Source: Bacteroidota bacterium | Lineage (GTDB): Bacteria > Bacteroidota > Bacteroidia > J057 > JAJTIE01 | Direction of reading: 5' to 3' | Length of the DNA stretch: 64,000 nt | Assembly: GCA_019638695.1 (NCBI GenBank) | Contig: JAHBTG010000002.1 | Location: 14,561 to 78,560 of the forward strand | Shown here: one piece after another, positions 28,104 to 37,728 of the stretch | Position numbering within the stretch: position 1 is the first letter of the stretch | How the letters are laid out: the number at the start of each line of letters is the position of its first letter | Translations under genes and position numbers: made by a program | Notes under the pieces: model-generated | Databases searched by the model: none | Seen by the model: only the letters and a program-made list of their open reading frames with translations | What the model was told of the DNA's origin: nothing

Positions 28104-28791
28104 GTGTATCAGACGTCAACATGTATCCCATGCCCACTACGGTATGGAGCAAACGGGGAGAATGGTGCTTGTCCACCTTATTTCTCAGGTAGCTCATATA
28201 GACATCCACTACATTAGAGCCAGCTTCGTAGGTATAATCCCACACCTGCTCCATTAACTGGGCGCGGCTGCATACCCGGCCCTGGTGCTGCATGAGGCAA
28301 ACCAGCAAACGGTATTCGGTGGGTGTAAGGCGGAGAGGCTGCCCGGCCCTGCTGACTTTATGAGCAGCAGGCTCCAGGACCAGGTCTGCACACCTGAGTA
28401 TCTGCTCTGTGCTGCCGGAGCTGAGCTGCCGCCGGCGTACCAGTGCACGCACCCTGGCCAGGAGCTCATTCAATTTAAAGGGCTTGGTCAAATAATCATC
28501 GGCGCCGGTATCCAGGCCCCTGACAATGCTGTCCGAAGTGCCCAATGCTGTCAGCATCAATACAGGCAGGTCGGTAAACCCTTGTTTACGTAACGTCTGG
28601 CAGACCTCCAGGCCGCTCATATTGGGCAGCATAATGTCCAGTATAACCAGGTCAAAGTCCTGCTGCCCCAGCACCTGCAGTCCCATCAATCCATCATAGC
28701 AGACCAGCACATGATGGTTATCTTCCTCCAGGCCCCTTTTGAGCAAGGAGGCAATATTCACGTCATCTTCAACCAGGAGTATACGGGCCAT
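28090..28791 (-). CDS. OmpR-family response regulator (paralogue of 3729-4415)
   Basis: MARILLVEDD, DLVILDIMLP, LTKPF, and C-terminal LHTVVGMGYML nearly identical to the other regulator. Start taken at ATG 28791. Confidence 0.9.
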   Translation of the reverse strand: MARILLVEDDVNIASLLKRGLEEDNHHVLVCYDGLMGLQVLGQQDFDLVILDIMLPNMSGLEVCQTLRKQGFTDLPVLMLTALGTSDSIVRGLDTGADDYLTKPFKLNELLARVRALVRRRQLSSGSTEQILRCADLVLEPAAHKVSRAGQPLRLTPTEYRLLVCLMQHQGRVCSRAQLMEQVWDYTYEAGSNVVDVYMSYLRNKVDKHHSPRLLHTVVGMGYMLTSDTHEDT

Positions 28792-28965
28792 GCAAACCGA
28801 TTTGGGCAATGGTACCCTGCCGGGGAACCAGGTATCCGGAACAGGATGTCCAATTTAAGGGCAAAAGCTGAGAAGTCTGGCAAGAGCGTCACAGGAGCCT
28901 GTTGGCAGGCCTCGGTGGTCAACAATTTTTTGATTATTTTTATTTAGATTTAAACCAAATAGGGT

Positions 28966-28973
28966 TAAGTTTG
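28966..28973 (+). promoter_or_regulatory. candidate Bacteroidota -7 promoter box (TAAGTTTG, matches TAnnTTTG) upstream of the heme locus
   Basis: Exact match to the TAnnTTTG consensus, 30 nt upstream of ATG 29003. I saw no clean -33 TTTG. Confidence 0.3.
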
Positions 28974-29002
28974 TCGCGTAATTCGCTCAATCTTCCAGAA
29001 TC

Positions 29003-30076
29003 ATGTCTACCTCTACCGTCACACAAACCTCCCAGGAGCTTCGTCAACGCTGGGACGCTCTCAAAAGTGCCCAACCACAGCTTCGCATCCGCGATGCAGC
29101 CAAAGCCCTTAACAGCACGGAAGCCCAGTTACTGGCCACCCAGGTGGGCCAGGAGGCTACCCGCCTGCAAGGTCCTTGGTCTACCCTGCTGCAGCGCATG
29201 CCGGAGCTGGGCCGCATTATGGCACTGACACGCAACGAAGCGGTGGTGATTGAAAAACATGGTTCTTTCAATGAGCCCCAGTTCTTTACCCAGGGCCCTC
29301 ATGAAATAGGGCAGGTAGTGGGCCCCGAGATAGACCTGCGCCTGTTTATGGCACACTGGGCGCACGGCTATGCCACACACATGAACAAAGGACCCAAACA
29401 AACACTGTATTCTCTGCAGTTCTTTGACAAGTTCGGCACCGCTATCTTCAAGGTATTTGCCGAAGAGAAGGAATCCAACCTGGAAGCTTACCACAAGATA
29501 GTGGCAGACTTTACGCACCCGGAGCAGACGGCCGAACTGAGTGTGGAGCCGGATCCCGGCCCGGCGCCCTATCAGGAAAACCCCGCTGCTGATGCCGCTG
29601 CCTTCCTGGCAGACTGGGCGGCTATGACGGATACTCACCAGTTCTTCCCCATGCTGGGCAAGCACAAGGTGCACCGCTTCCAGGCCCTGAAGATCGCAGA
29701 AAGCAAATATGCCTGGAAAGTGCCCGCCACCACACTAAAAACCGTGCTGGACGAGGCCAAAGCCCGCAACATCTCTATCATGGCCTTCGTGGGCAACAGA
29801 GGTTGTATTGAGATCCATACCGGCCCCATTAACCACCTGCTGGCAAGAGAGGCCTGGTATAATGTGATGGACCCTGACTTTAACCTGCACGTCAATACCG
29901 CACACATTACCGACGCCTTTGTGGTGGAAAAACCTACTGCAGACGGCCTGGTTACCAGCCTGGAATTCTATGACCAGCACCGCGAACTCATTGTGCAGTT
30001 CTTTGGCGAGCGCAAGCCCGGCAAGCCCGAGCTGACCGAATGGCGCCAACTGGCTACGGAGTTTATTCCCCGCTAA
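29003..30076 (+). CDS. hemin-degrading/shuttle protein (HemS/ChuS/HmuS family)
   Basis: 357 aa, the size of this family's two-domain proteins. First gene of a cluster with a TonB receptor, HmuY-like proteins and a heme ABC importer. Confidence 0.65.
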   Translation: MSTSTVTQTSQELRQRWDALKSAQPQLRIRDAAKALNSTEAQLLATQVGQEATRLQGPWSTLLQRMPELGRIMALTRNEAVVIEKHGSFNEPQFFTQGPHEIGQVVGPEIDLRLFMAHWAHGYATHMNKGPKQTLYSLQFFDKFGTAIFKVFAEEKESNLEAYHKIVADFTHPEQTAELSVEPDPGPAPYQENPAADAAAFLADWAAMTDTHQFFPMLGKHKVHRFQALKIAESKYAWKVPATTLKTVLDEAKARNISIMAFVGNRGCIEIHTGPINHLLAREAWYNVMDPDFNLHVNTAHITDAFVVEKPTADGLVTSLEFYDQHRELIVQFFGERKPGKPELTEWRQLATEFIPR

Positions 30077-30114
30077 CCATCACCTATAAAAGCAGAGAAC
30101 AACTACTCCCCGGA

Positions 30115-30148
30115 TTGAGGAATGTGCAAAATATCCTCAAATCTTTTT
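30115..30148 (+). terminator. weak candidate intrinsic terminator after the hemS-like gene
   Basis: 7-bp stem TTGAGGA/TCCTCAA (30115-30121 and 30134-30140), a 12-nt loop, then ATCTTTTT. Confidence 0.3.
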
Positions 30149-30158
30149 AAAACGTATT

Positions 30159-31526
30159 ATGAAAACCAAAATTTTTACACCCTTGCTTTTGCTGATGGTG
30201 GCTGCCCTGCTGCCTATGACAGCAGCCGCCCAAAGTGAATTTGAGACGTGGATAGAGGACTCTGTCATCACAGGCACTACTACGGGCCAGGACTACCGGG
30301 ATGATGTGTGGTATAGCCTGAAAAACGGAGAAGTACACCGTGCCACGCGTAACAACTGGCATTTGGGTCTGTCTACAGGTACCTTCGATGTCAATATCAT
30401 TACGCATCATGCTGCCGGGAGCCCCTCGCTCTATGTGTTTCGGGTACCTTTTGACACCACCGGATTCGGCACCTCAGCGCTGGATACTTCCGGCCAGATG
30501 ATCAATGCCAATCTTTACTTCAACAATGAGTCTGACTGGCGCGAAGGTGCATTTTCCCAGACCCGCGTTTCCGGCGCACTGGGTTTTGGCTGGGGCGAGT
30601 ATGACATGACCACCCACAATGTATATGGAGACTCTGTATACGTGGTGAAATATGGCAGTAACTACAAAAAGGTGGCCATCCTGCACAAAGGCGACCTGCG
30701 TCCTGCCGGCAGCGGAGCAGCCGCCAGCACCTATGGCCAGTGGCGCGTGCGTGTGGCTAACCTGGACGGCAGCGAGGACACCACCTATGCTATCAACAGC
30801 ACCGCATACAGCACCAAAAAATTCGTGTACATCAACCTGGAAACCCGCCAGGTAATTGACCGCGAACCGGCTGCCAACAGCTGGGACCTGCTTTTTACCA
30901 AATACTTTGAGGACCTGGGACCAGGTGTCGGTTGGTACCAGGTGGCAGGCGTCAAGCACAACACCAAATGGCAGAGTGCCGGACCGGGCCAGCCCCAGAC
31001 CAATGCAGGCGTTAAAGCAGCACGTATCTATAATCTCACTGCCGATAACCTTACCGAACAACAGGTAGACAGCATCACACCGCTGCTGAAGGATAGCATC
31101 ACAGCTATCGGCCGCGACAAGACCATAGGTACCCTGAGCTTTATCATCAAGGATAACGACGGCCTGCTGTGGCAACTGTACTACACAAGTATCAAGAATG
31201 CCACTACCCAGGGCAGAGGCGAATACTTCTTCCAGAAACGCCGCCTGACTGCGCCCGCCAACCGCCTGGGCAGCCGTGGCAACGGCCCCAGCTGGAGCCT
31301 CTACCCCAACCCCTCTGCCGGAGACGTAACCCTGGTTATCGAGAACGCTACAGCGAACACCCAGGTAGTCGTCAGAGATCTCATGGGCCGCGTGGTGATG
31401 AGCCAAACACTGGCCGCTACAGATCTGCACGCCCTTAACCTGCGTCACCTGGCACCTGCCACGTATGTAGTAAGCGTACAAAGCGGTAACCGCGTAAGCT
31501 CACAGAAACTCGTTATTACCCAATAA
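30159..31526 (+). CDS. HmuY-like protein with T9SS (Por) C-terminal sorting domain
   Basis: Signal peptide. Shares the WDLLFTKY motif with the paralogue at 33819. The C-terminal ~80 aa (LYPNPSAGDVTLVIE...ATYVVSVQSGNRVSSQKLVI) is typical of a Por_Secre_tail. Confidence 0.6.
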   Translation: MKTKIFTPLLLLMVAALLPMTAAAQSEFETWIEDSVITGTTTGQDYRDDVWYSLKNGEVHRATRNNWHLGLSTGTFDVNIITHHAAGSPSLYVFRVPFDTTGFGTSALDTSGQMINANLYFNNESDWREGAFSQTRVSGALGFGWGEYDMTTHNVYGDSVYVVKYGSNYKKVAILHKGDLRPAGSGAAASTYGQWRVRVANLDGSEDTTYAINSTAYSTKKFVYINLETRQVIDREPAANSWDLLFTKYFEDLGPGVGWYQVAGVKHNTKWQSAGPGQPQTNAGVKAARIYNLTADNLTEQQVDSITPLLKDSITAIGRDKTIGTLSFIIKDNDGLLWQLYYTSIKNATTQGRGEYFFQKRRLTAPANRLGSRGNGPSWSLYPNPSAGDVTLVIENATANTQVVVRDLMGRVVMSQTLAATDLHALNLRHLAPATYVVSVQSGNRVSSQKLVITQ

Positions 31527-31538
31527 CAACCGCTCTGC

Positions 31539-33809
31539 ATGCGCAACCGTGCACATTCCTCTTATGCCGGAACCCGTAGACACCCTGTCTGCGGGTTTCC
31601 CGGCGTGGGGTTTTTATTGCTTTGCAGCCTCTGGCTGGCATGGACAGGTAGCGCATCTGCTCAAGACAGCCTCCGCATCCGCATTCTGGCAGAAGACCAC
31701 GGCGATCCGCTTGCGTTTGCCAGCGTGCGAGCCACAAGCCTGGTTACCGGGCAGGCCCAATGGCAATATACAGACAGCCTGGGATCCTGTCAGTTTAGGG
31801 TACAGCTACCTGCCCTGCTGGAGGTACAACTCATGGGCTACAGCCCGTTACGAGACACCCTGCACACCGCAGGCAGTCACACACTTAAGCTGGTCGGTTC
31901 CGGCCTGCAAACAGAAGCATTGGTCGTTACGGCCCAAAGCAGCCCAGTGCCAGCCTCCCTCACGCCCCTGAATATCCGGGTGCTCGACGAAGCTCGCATT
32001 CGCGCACAAGCCGCCCCTAACCTCAGTGCACTGTTATCCAACGAACTGAATATCCGCCTGCAGCAAGACATGGCGCTGGGCACCAGCCTGAGCCTGCAAG
32101 GTCTCAACGGCCAGAACGTCAAGATTCTCGTAGATGGCGTACCCCTGGTGGGCCGCATGAACGGCCAGCTGGATCTCACCCAGATCAACCTGGCAGACAT
32201 AGAACGCGTGGAGATTGTAGAAGGTCCTATGGCGGTAAACTATGGCGCAGATGCCCTGGGAGGCGTCATCAATCTCATCTCTAAGCGCAACGCCAAGGAA
32301 ACCCGGGTCTCTGGCGGGTTCAATGCTTTGTATGAAAGTATAGGCACCTATAATGCCGATGCCTGGGCCACCCGCCGGTGGGGCAGGCACCAGCTGCGCC
32401 TTTCCCTGGGGCGCAATTTCTTTGACGGCTGGAATGAGCAGGGCCGCACGCACCAGTGGAAACCGCGTGAGCAATGGATGGGCAGCGCCAGTTATGTATA
32501 CACGGCATCCAAGACCCGCCTGAGCTTCCGGAGCTCCCTGTTTGACGAAACCTTGCTGAGCCGCGGAGCGCCTGTAGTCAGTCCGATCCAGGCCTATGCT
32601 TTTGACGAGCGCTTTCGTACCCAACGCCAGCAATATGACCTGCAATGGCAGCAAACCATCAGCAAACGTACCAGCTGGGACATGCTGGCCGCAGCCAGTC
32701 TCTTCAACCGCAACCGGTACCGGTATCGCACCAACCTGGTAAACCTGGAGTCTCGCCTGCTGGATGGCATCAATGCCCCCGATACCAACCGGTTTCAACT
32801 GGGCATGAGCAGAGGCACGCTCACCTATCGTTTGCCCGAGGCATGGGAAGTCAGCCTGGGCTATGAGTTCACTATGGAGCGTACGATCGGAGACCGGATC
32901 GCCCAGGACGCACCGGGACAGGAAGAATATGCCGCTTATGCCATAGTGCAGTGGAAGCCCAGCAGCCGCCTGCAGTTGCGGCCCGGCATCCGGTATACGT
33001 ATCATACCCAGTATGATGCCCCTTTGATGCCCAGCTTTAACGCAGCCTATCGCTTCTCTCCAAAAGCCCAGCTGAAGGCCGCGTGGGCCATGGGCTTCCG
33101 GGCGCCTTCCCTCCGGGAGCGCTTTCTCTACTTTGTAGACATCAACCACAATATACAGGGCAATCCGGATCTCCTGGCCGAGACCAGCCACAACTACCAG
33201 CTGGCATTCCAGTACAAACACATGACCCAGAAATCTGCATATGAGGTAGAAACCGGGTTGTTCTTTAACGATGTCTCCAACCTGATTACCCTTGCCGTGG
33301 TAGACATGCCTGCTGCCTTATACTCCTACCGCAATATCGGGCGTTTACAAACAGCCGGCTTCCGGGTACAAAGCAAGGCCATACGCCCCAGGTACAGCCT
33401 GCAGGTAGGCGGGCTGCTCACTGCACAGGGAGCGCCTGACTGGCGCAGCGCAGGAGGAGATGCCTTCTACTGGAGCCCTGAGCTGCAGGCCAATTTCCAG
33501 GTAAAGCTTCCCTGGCAATCCTTAAAGCTGGCGCTGTTCTCCAAATACACAGGGCGGCTGCTCACCCCAATGGTAGGCGAAAACAACGAACTCACCCTGC
33601 AGTTCATCGAAGACTTCATGACTGTAGACGTTACATTATCCCGCTCCTTCTGGAAAGAACGCCTGACGTTACTGGCAGGAGGGCGCAACCTGGCAGACGT
33701 GAGAAACCTGCGAGCCAACATGAGCACCGGTGCACATAGCGGGGGCGGTGGTTCCATTCCCCAGGCGGCAGGCCGCATGTTTATTGCACAGCTTAATCTT
33801 ACCTTGTAG
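31539..33809 (+). CDS. TonB-dependent outer-membrane receptor (heme/hemoprotein type by context)
   Basis: Signal peptide. N-terminal carboxypeptidase-regulatory-like domain. Plug motif VEIVEGPMAVNYGADALGGVINLIS. Long beta-barrel. Confidence 0.85.
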   Translation: MRNRAHSSYAGTRRHPVCGFPGVGFLLLCSLWLAWTGSASAQDSLRIRILAEDHGDPLAFASVRATSLVTGQAQWQYTDSLGSCQFRVQLPALLEVQLMGYSPLRDTLHTAGSHTLKLVGSGLQTEALVVTAQSSPVPASLTPLNIRVLDEARIRAQAAPNLSALLSNELNIRLQQDMALGTSLSLQGLNGQNVKILVDGVPLVGRMNGQLDLTQINLADIERVEIVEGPMAVNYGADALGGVINLISKRNAKETRVSGGFNALYESIGTYNADAWATRRWGRHQLRLSLGRNFFDGWNEQGRTHQWKPREQWMGSASYVYTASKTRLSFRSSLFDETLLSRGAPVVSPIQAYAFDERFRTQRQQYDLQWQQTISKRTSWDMLAAASLFNRNRYRYRTNLVNLESRLLDGINAPDTNRFQLGMSRGTLTYRLPEAWEVSLGYEFTMERTIGDRIAQDAPGQEEYAAYAIVQWKPSSRLQLRPGIRYTYHTQYDAPLMPSFNAAYRFSPKAQLKAAWAMGFRAPSLRERFLYFVDINHNIQGNPDLLAETSHNYQLAFQYKHMTQKSAYEVETGLFFNDVSNLITLAVVDMPAALYSYRNIGRLQTAGFRVQSKAIRPRYSLQVGGLLTAQGAPDWRSAGGDAFYWSPELQANFQVKLPWQSLKLALFSKYTGRLLTPMVGENNELTLQFIEDFMTVDVTLSRSFWKERLTLLAGGRNLADVRNLRANMSTGAHSGGGGSIPQAAGRMFIAQLNLTL

Positions 33810-33818
33810 TTATCAGTC

Positions 33819-34850
33819 ATGATTCGGTTGGCTCATCTGTTCATTACAGTCCTTACGCTGGGACTCACTGCCTGCTGGCCTGCAGAAGAACCTATAACGT
33901 TACCGAGCCTGGGGGGAGACGGCACAGGGCCCAGTCCGGTCATAGCATCCGTGGAGATGGGCAGCGCCTATGACTACCGCATATACGTCAGCCTTACCAC
34001 AGGCGCACAGTACCGCGTGCATAACAATCTCTTTGATATTGCCATAGGCACTGCAGAACTAGGCTATCCTGTATATATGAATGAAGGCAAGCTGGTACGC
34101 GGTTACCGCACCAACTCTTATACCTTTGAGCAGGTGTATGCCACACCCAATACTCTGATATGGACGCCGGATGCCCCCAGCCAGAACCCGGATTCTACAC
34201 TGGTAGGCAACTGGCAGCTGCTTGCTGATACCGAAGGGAAAAGCCCGGTTTATCTTATAGACCGCGGCAGCCTGTATCACACCGGTTCCTCCCGCTACTA
34301 CAAGCTGCAACTGCTGGGCATCACCGACGGTTTGGTACGCCTCAGGTATGCACCCGCAGCCCAGACTACCTTACCCGAGGAGATGCAGGTGCCTTTGTCA
34401 TCCACACACGCCCTCACCTATGTGAGCTTTGAAAGTACAAGCCCGGTGGCGGTAGCCCCCCCGGACGACGACTGGGATCTCCTGTTCACACGCCATTTCC
34501 AGGTTTACCTGGACCAGCCCCTGGACTCTCCTACACGAAACTATAGTGTAACGGGCATACTCGGGCATCGTTTCAAGGGCGTGCAGGCTGCGCTCCTGAC
34601 GAATGCTGCTGACCTGGGAACCATGGATAAAGCACTCTGGGAGCAAGTACCGCCACAATCTGCTGCCAATGCCATAGGATTTGACTGGAAGGTATTCAGC
34701 TTCGATGCCAACAATTACTTAATACGCCCGCATCGGGTATATGGCGTATGGCTACCGGATGGCAAGCGCTTTGGCTTGCAATTCCTGGATTTTTTTGATG
34801 AACAGGGACAAAAAGGCACTCCCACTTTTGTCTATCAGCAAATCCCTTAG
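33819..34850 (+). CDS. HmuY-like lipoprotein
   Basis: Lipobox LGLTAC. DWDLLFTRHF motif shared with 30159-31526. Directly downstream of the TonB receptor, as in hmuYR-type loci. Confidence 0.6.
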   Translation: MIRLAHLFITVLTLGLTACWPAEEPITLPSLGGDGTGPSPVIASVEMGSAYDYRIYVSLTTGAQYRVHNNLFDIAIGTAELGYPVYMNEGKLVRGYRTNSYTFEQVYATPNTLIWTPDAPSQNPDSTLVGNWQLLADTEGKSPVYLIDRGSLYHTGSSRYYKLQLLGITDGLVRLRYAPAAQTTLPEEMQVPLSSTHALTYVSFESTSPVAVAPPDDDWDLLFTRHFQVYLDQPLDSPTRNYSVTGILGHRFKGVQAALLTNAADLGTMDKALWEQVPPQSAANAIGFDWKVFSFDANNYLIRPHRVYGVWLPDGKRFGLQFLDFFDEQGQKGTPTFVYQQIP

Positions 34851-34889
34851 TTACTTCACTCCCCTGGATCTTCCTTTCCTTCTTTTAAC

Positions 34890-35789
34890 ATGAAAACGCT
34901 TACCTGGAGACTCCGTCATCTGCATGCCTTTGGGCTTGTTTTATGTATTCTGCTTTGGCTGGGGGGATGCTCCGGACAAGAAGGCGCTTCCAAAAAGTCT
35001 GCGGCAGATAACGGCAAAGGCGGCCCGCGCATCATAACGGCCGGCCCGGTAGTCACAAGTATAGTACTGCACCTGGGCCAGGGCAAAGCTTTGGTAGCTA
35101 CAGACCTGAGCAGCCGTAACCTGGAGGGTATAGACACCACGTTAACCGACCTGGGGTATTACCGCGTACTGCAGGCAGAGGGAATCCTGGCCCTGAAACC
35201 TACCCTGGTACTGGTAAGCAGTGAGGCAGGGCCCAAATCTGCCATTGAGCAGATCCAGCAGGCAGGTGTGCGTGTGGTGGTGGTGCCTGATCCTAAAACT
35301 GCCGACAAAGGTCCGGAAGCCATTCGCCTGGTAGCCCAGGCGCTGGCGCTTCCTGCCGATTCTTTACTCAAGGTATATGAAGAGGCTGTGCAGGCGTCCG
35401 TCAAACAACCCGCCAGCTCGCCTTCCATCCTGTTCTGCTATGCCAGAGGCAGCGCAGACCGCCTCTTTGTGCTGGGCACAGACAGTCCTGCCACACAACT
35501 GGCCGAGCTCAGCGGCATGCGCAATGCCGTTACGTTCGAGGGCACCAAGCCTATGGGAACAGAGGGCCTGTTTGCCACTCAGCCCCACTGGGTAGTACTG
35601 CCCAAAGACAAAACACTGGGACTTGCAGATGTGGAGCAACTGAAAAAACACCCGCAACTCGGTCAGCTGGATGCCGTAAAAACAGGCCGCATCCTATTCC
35701 TGCCCACGGTAGCCCTGTTCGGGTTTGGGCCAGAAACCCCTGCAGCGCTGGGGATCCTGCGCAATGCCGGCAATGCTCCCGCCAAATAA
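34890..35789 (+). CDS. hmuT: heme ABC transporter substrate-binding protein (HmuT/ChuT-like)
   Basis: Signal/lipoprotein N-terminus (LWLGGCSG). Fold-type sequence of a cluster-A periplasmic binding protein. Precedes the FecCD permease and ATPase. Confidence 0.75.
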   Translation: MKTLTWRLRHLHAFGLVLCILLWLGGCSGQEGASKKSAADNGKGGPRIITAGPVVTSIVLHLGQGKALVATDLSSRNLEGIDTTLTDLGYYRVLQAEGILALKPTLVLVSSEAGPKSAIEQIQQAGVRVVVVPDPKTADKGPEAIRLVAQALALPADSLLKVYEEAVQASVKQPASSPSILFCYARGSADRLFVLGTDSPATQLAELSGMRNAVTFEGTKPMGTEGLFATQPHWVVLPKDKTLGLADVEQLKKHPQLGQLDAVKTGRILFLPTVALFGFGPETPAALGILRNAGNAPAK

Positions 35790-35794
35790 ACACT

Positions 35795-36853
35795 GTGGAT
35801 ATTACCAGTCCCCGTAAAAGCAGGCGCACCGCCGCTGTAGCATTCTCACCCACAGGCATAGGATACTATGTAGCGGGTTTTGTGCTACTATTGGCAGCCA
35901 TGCTCTGGGGACTTTCCTCAGGCGCCGTTACCCTCAATCCCTGGGAAACGGCTGTCAACTGGCTATCCGGTGAGTCCGGCATGCACACGCATATCCTCTG
36001 GCAGATCCGGCTGCCGCGCATCCTGCTGGCAGGCATGGTAGGCGCACTTCTGGCCCTCACGGGCAGTGCATTGCAGGCATTATTTCGCAACCCGCTGGCA
36101 GAACCTTCTTTGCTGGGCATCTCCGGCGGAGGCAGCATGGGGGCCGCCCTGAGCATAGTGCTGGGCACCACCTGGCTGGGCGCTACCTGGCTGGAATGGG
36201 AGATCTGGTTAATGCCTGCAGCTGCTTTTGCAGGAAGCCTGATGTGTACCCTGCTCATCTTCGGGATGGCCCGCAACCAGGGGAACATTGGCGTGCAGCA
36301 CCTGCTGTTAGCAGGCGTAGCCACCAACGCACTGGCCGGTGCCGTGGTAGGTCTCATGCTGGTCATTGCCAATGATACGCAAGCCCGCTCCCTCACTTTC
36401 TGGACACTCGGAAGCTTTGGTTCCTCCAGCTGGGAAGCGCTGGGCATGATAGCCCTGTTTGGGCTGCCTGTTATGTGCTTCCTGCTGGGCCAGCCCCGGC
36501 GGCTTGACCTGCTCTTGCTGGGCGAAACAGAAGCCACGCACCTGGGCCTGCGCGTCGAACGATTCAAGAAAACACTGATCACACTCACTGCGCTGAGTGT
36601 GGGAGCAGCAGTAGCTTTTACGGGCATCATCGGTTTTATCGGGCTGGTAGCCCCTCATGTAGTGCGGTTATGCTGTGGCCCCGGGCATAAGCAGCTCCTG
36701 CCGCTCTCCGCGCTGCTAGGCGCCATCCTGGCAATCGTAGCAGACACCCTGGCACGCACGCTGGCCGCTCCGGTGGAGATCCCTGTGGGTCTGCTACTGG
36801 CGCTGATAGGTGTACCTTTCTTCCTCTATCTTATCCGCAGGTCTCAAAAATAG
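35795..36853 (+). CDS. hmuU: FecCD-family ABC permease (HmuU-like)
   Basis: 352 aa, polytopic. Typical FecCD stretches (RLPRILLAGMVGALLALTGSALQALFRNPLAEPSLLGISGG). GTG start. Confidence 0.85.
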   Translation: MDITSPRKSRRTAAVAFSPTGIGYYVAGFVLLLAAMLWGLSSGAVTLNPWETAVNWLSGESGMHTHILWQIRLPRILLAGMVGALLALTGSALQALFRNPLAEPSLLGISGGGSMGAALSIVLGTTWLGATWLEWEIWLMPAAAFAGSLMCTLLIFGMARNQGNIGVQHLLLAGVATNALAGAVVGLMLVIANDTQARSLTFWTLGSFGSSSWEALGMIALFGLPVMCFLLGQPRRLDLLLLGETEATHLGLRVERFKKTLITLTALSVGAAVAFTGIIGFIGLVAPHVVRLCCGPGHKQLLPLSALLGAILAIVADTLARTLAAPVEIPVGLLLALIGVPFFLYLIRRSQK

Positions 36854-36858
36854 CTGTT

Positions 36859-37710
36859 ATGGCCGCATCTGCCCCCTCACCCCTGGAGAAGCCACTGGCT
36901 CAGGAGCCCAGGCCTGTGCAAAGCCAGCCGCTTATCACACTGGCAGCCAGGGGGCTTGGCATCCAGGCGGGTTCCCGCAGGCTGATCAGCGACCTGAGCT
37001 TTGAACTAAGAGGGGGCGAGTTGCTGTCTATAGTGGGGCCCAATGGTGTGGGAAAAAGCAGCCTGCTCCGTAGCCTGACCCAGGCACGATCAATTGCCGC
37101 CGGCCAGTGGACCCTGGAAGGGATACCGCTCCGGCAAATGGCGCCGGCGACGATGGCCCGCAAAGTGGCTTACATGCCGCAACACTCCGAGCTCAACTTT
37201 CCCTTGGCGGTATCTGAGGTGGTAGCGCTGGGGTTATGGCCGCACAGGGGTTACCTGGAGCAGCATCCTCAGCATTGGGTGCATCATTGCCTGGGGCTTA
37301 CGGAAATGACCTGGGCAGCCAATATACCCTACACTCAGCTCTCCGGGGGGGAGCGCCAAAGGGTGCAACTGGCACGGGCGCTGGCACAGGTACTGGCCGC
37401 GGGCGGTCCGCAAGGACGGTTGTTATTGCTGGATGAACCCACTGCCAGCCTGGACCCCAAGCACAGCCTGCATATATTGAAACTTATCCAGTCGTTCTGT
37501 CAGCAGGGGCTTTCGTGTATATGGGTGGTACATGATCTTAACCTGGCCTTGCGGTTTGCCACGCATAGCCTCCTGCTCAGCCCCCACCAGCCGCCTTGCT
37601 ATGGCACTGCAGAAGAAGTTCTATCTGTCAAAAGACTGTCCCAGGCATTCGAATGCGAGTTCAGCCTGCATACATTTGGGAACAACCAGAAAGGGCTTAT
37701 TACCGGTTAA
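36859..37710 (+). CDS. hmuV: ABC transporter ATP-binding protein (HmuV-like)
   Basis: Walker A GPNGVGKSS, signature LSGGERQR, Walker B LLLLDEP. Confidence 0.9.
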   Translation: MAASAPSPLEKPLAQEPRPVQSQPLITLAARGLGIQAGSRRLISDLSFELRGGELLSIVGPNGVGKSSLLRSLTQARSIAAGQWTLEGIPLRQMAPATMARKVAYMPQHSELNFPLAVSEVVALGLWPHRGYLEQHPQHWVHHCLGLTEMTWAANIPYTQLSGGERQRVQLARALAQVLAAGGPQGRLLLLDEPTASLDPKHSLHILKLIQSFCQQGLSCIWVVHDLNLALRFATHSLLLSPHQPPCYGTAEEVLSVKRLSQAFECEFSLHTFGNNQKGLITG

Positions 37711-37728
37711 CGCCCAGAAGGGTATTCT

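Noticed and set aside
28921-28965. AT-rich stretch upstream of the heme locus, considered as a Fur box
   Set aside because: There is no convincing match to the 19-bp GATAATGATAATCATTATC consensus by eye. Iron regulation is plausible but the sequence does not support it.
30474-33221. 335-aa and 395-aa minus-strand ORFs within the heme locus
   Set aside because: They are antisense to the HmuY-like and TonB-receptor genes, which have signal peptides and family motifs. These are shadow ORFs.
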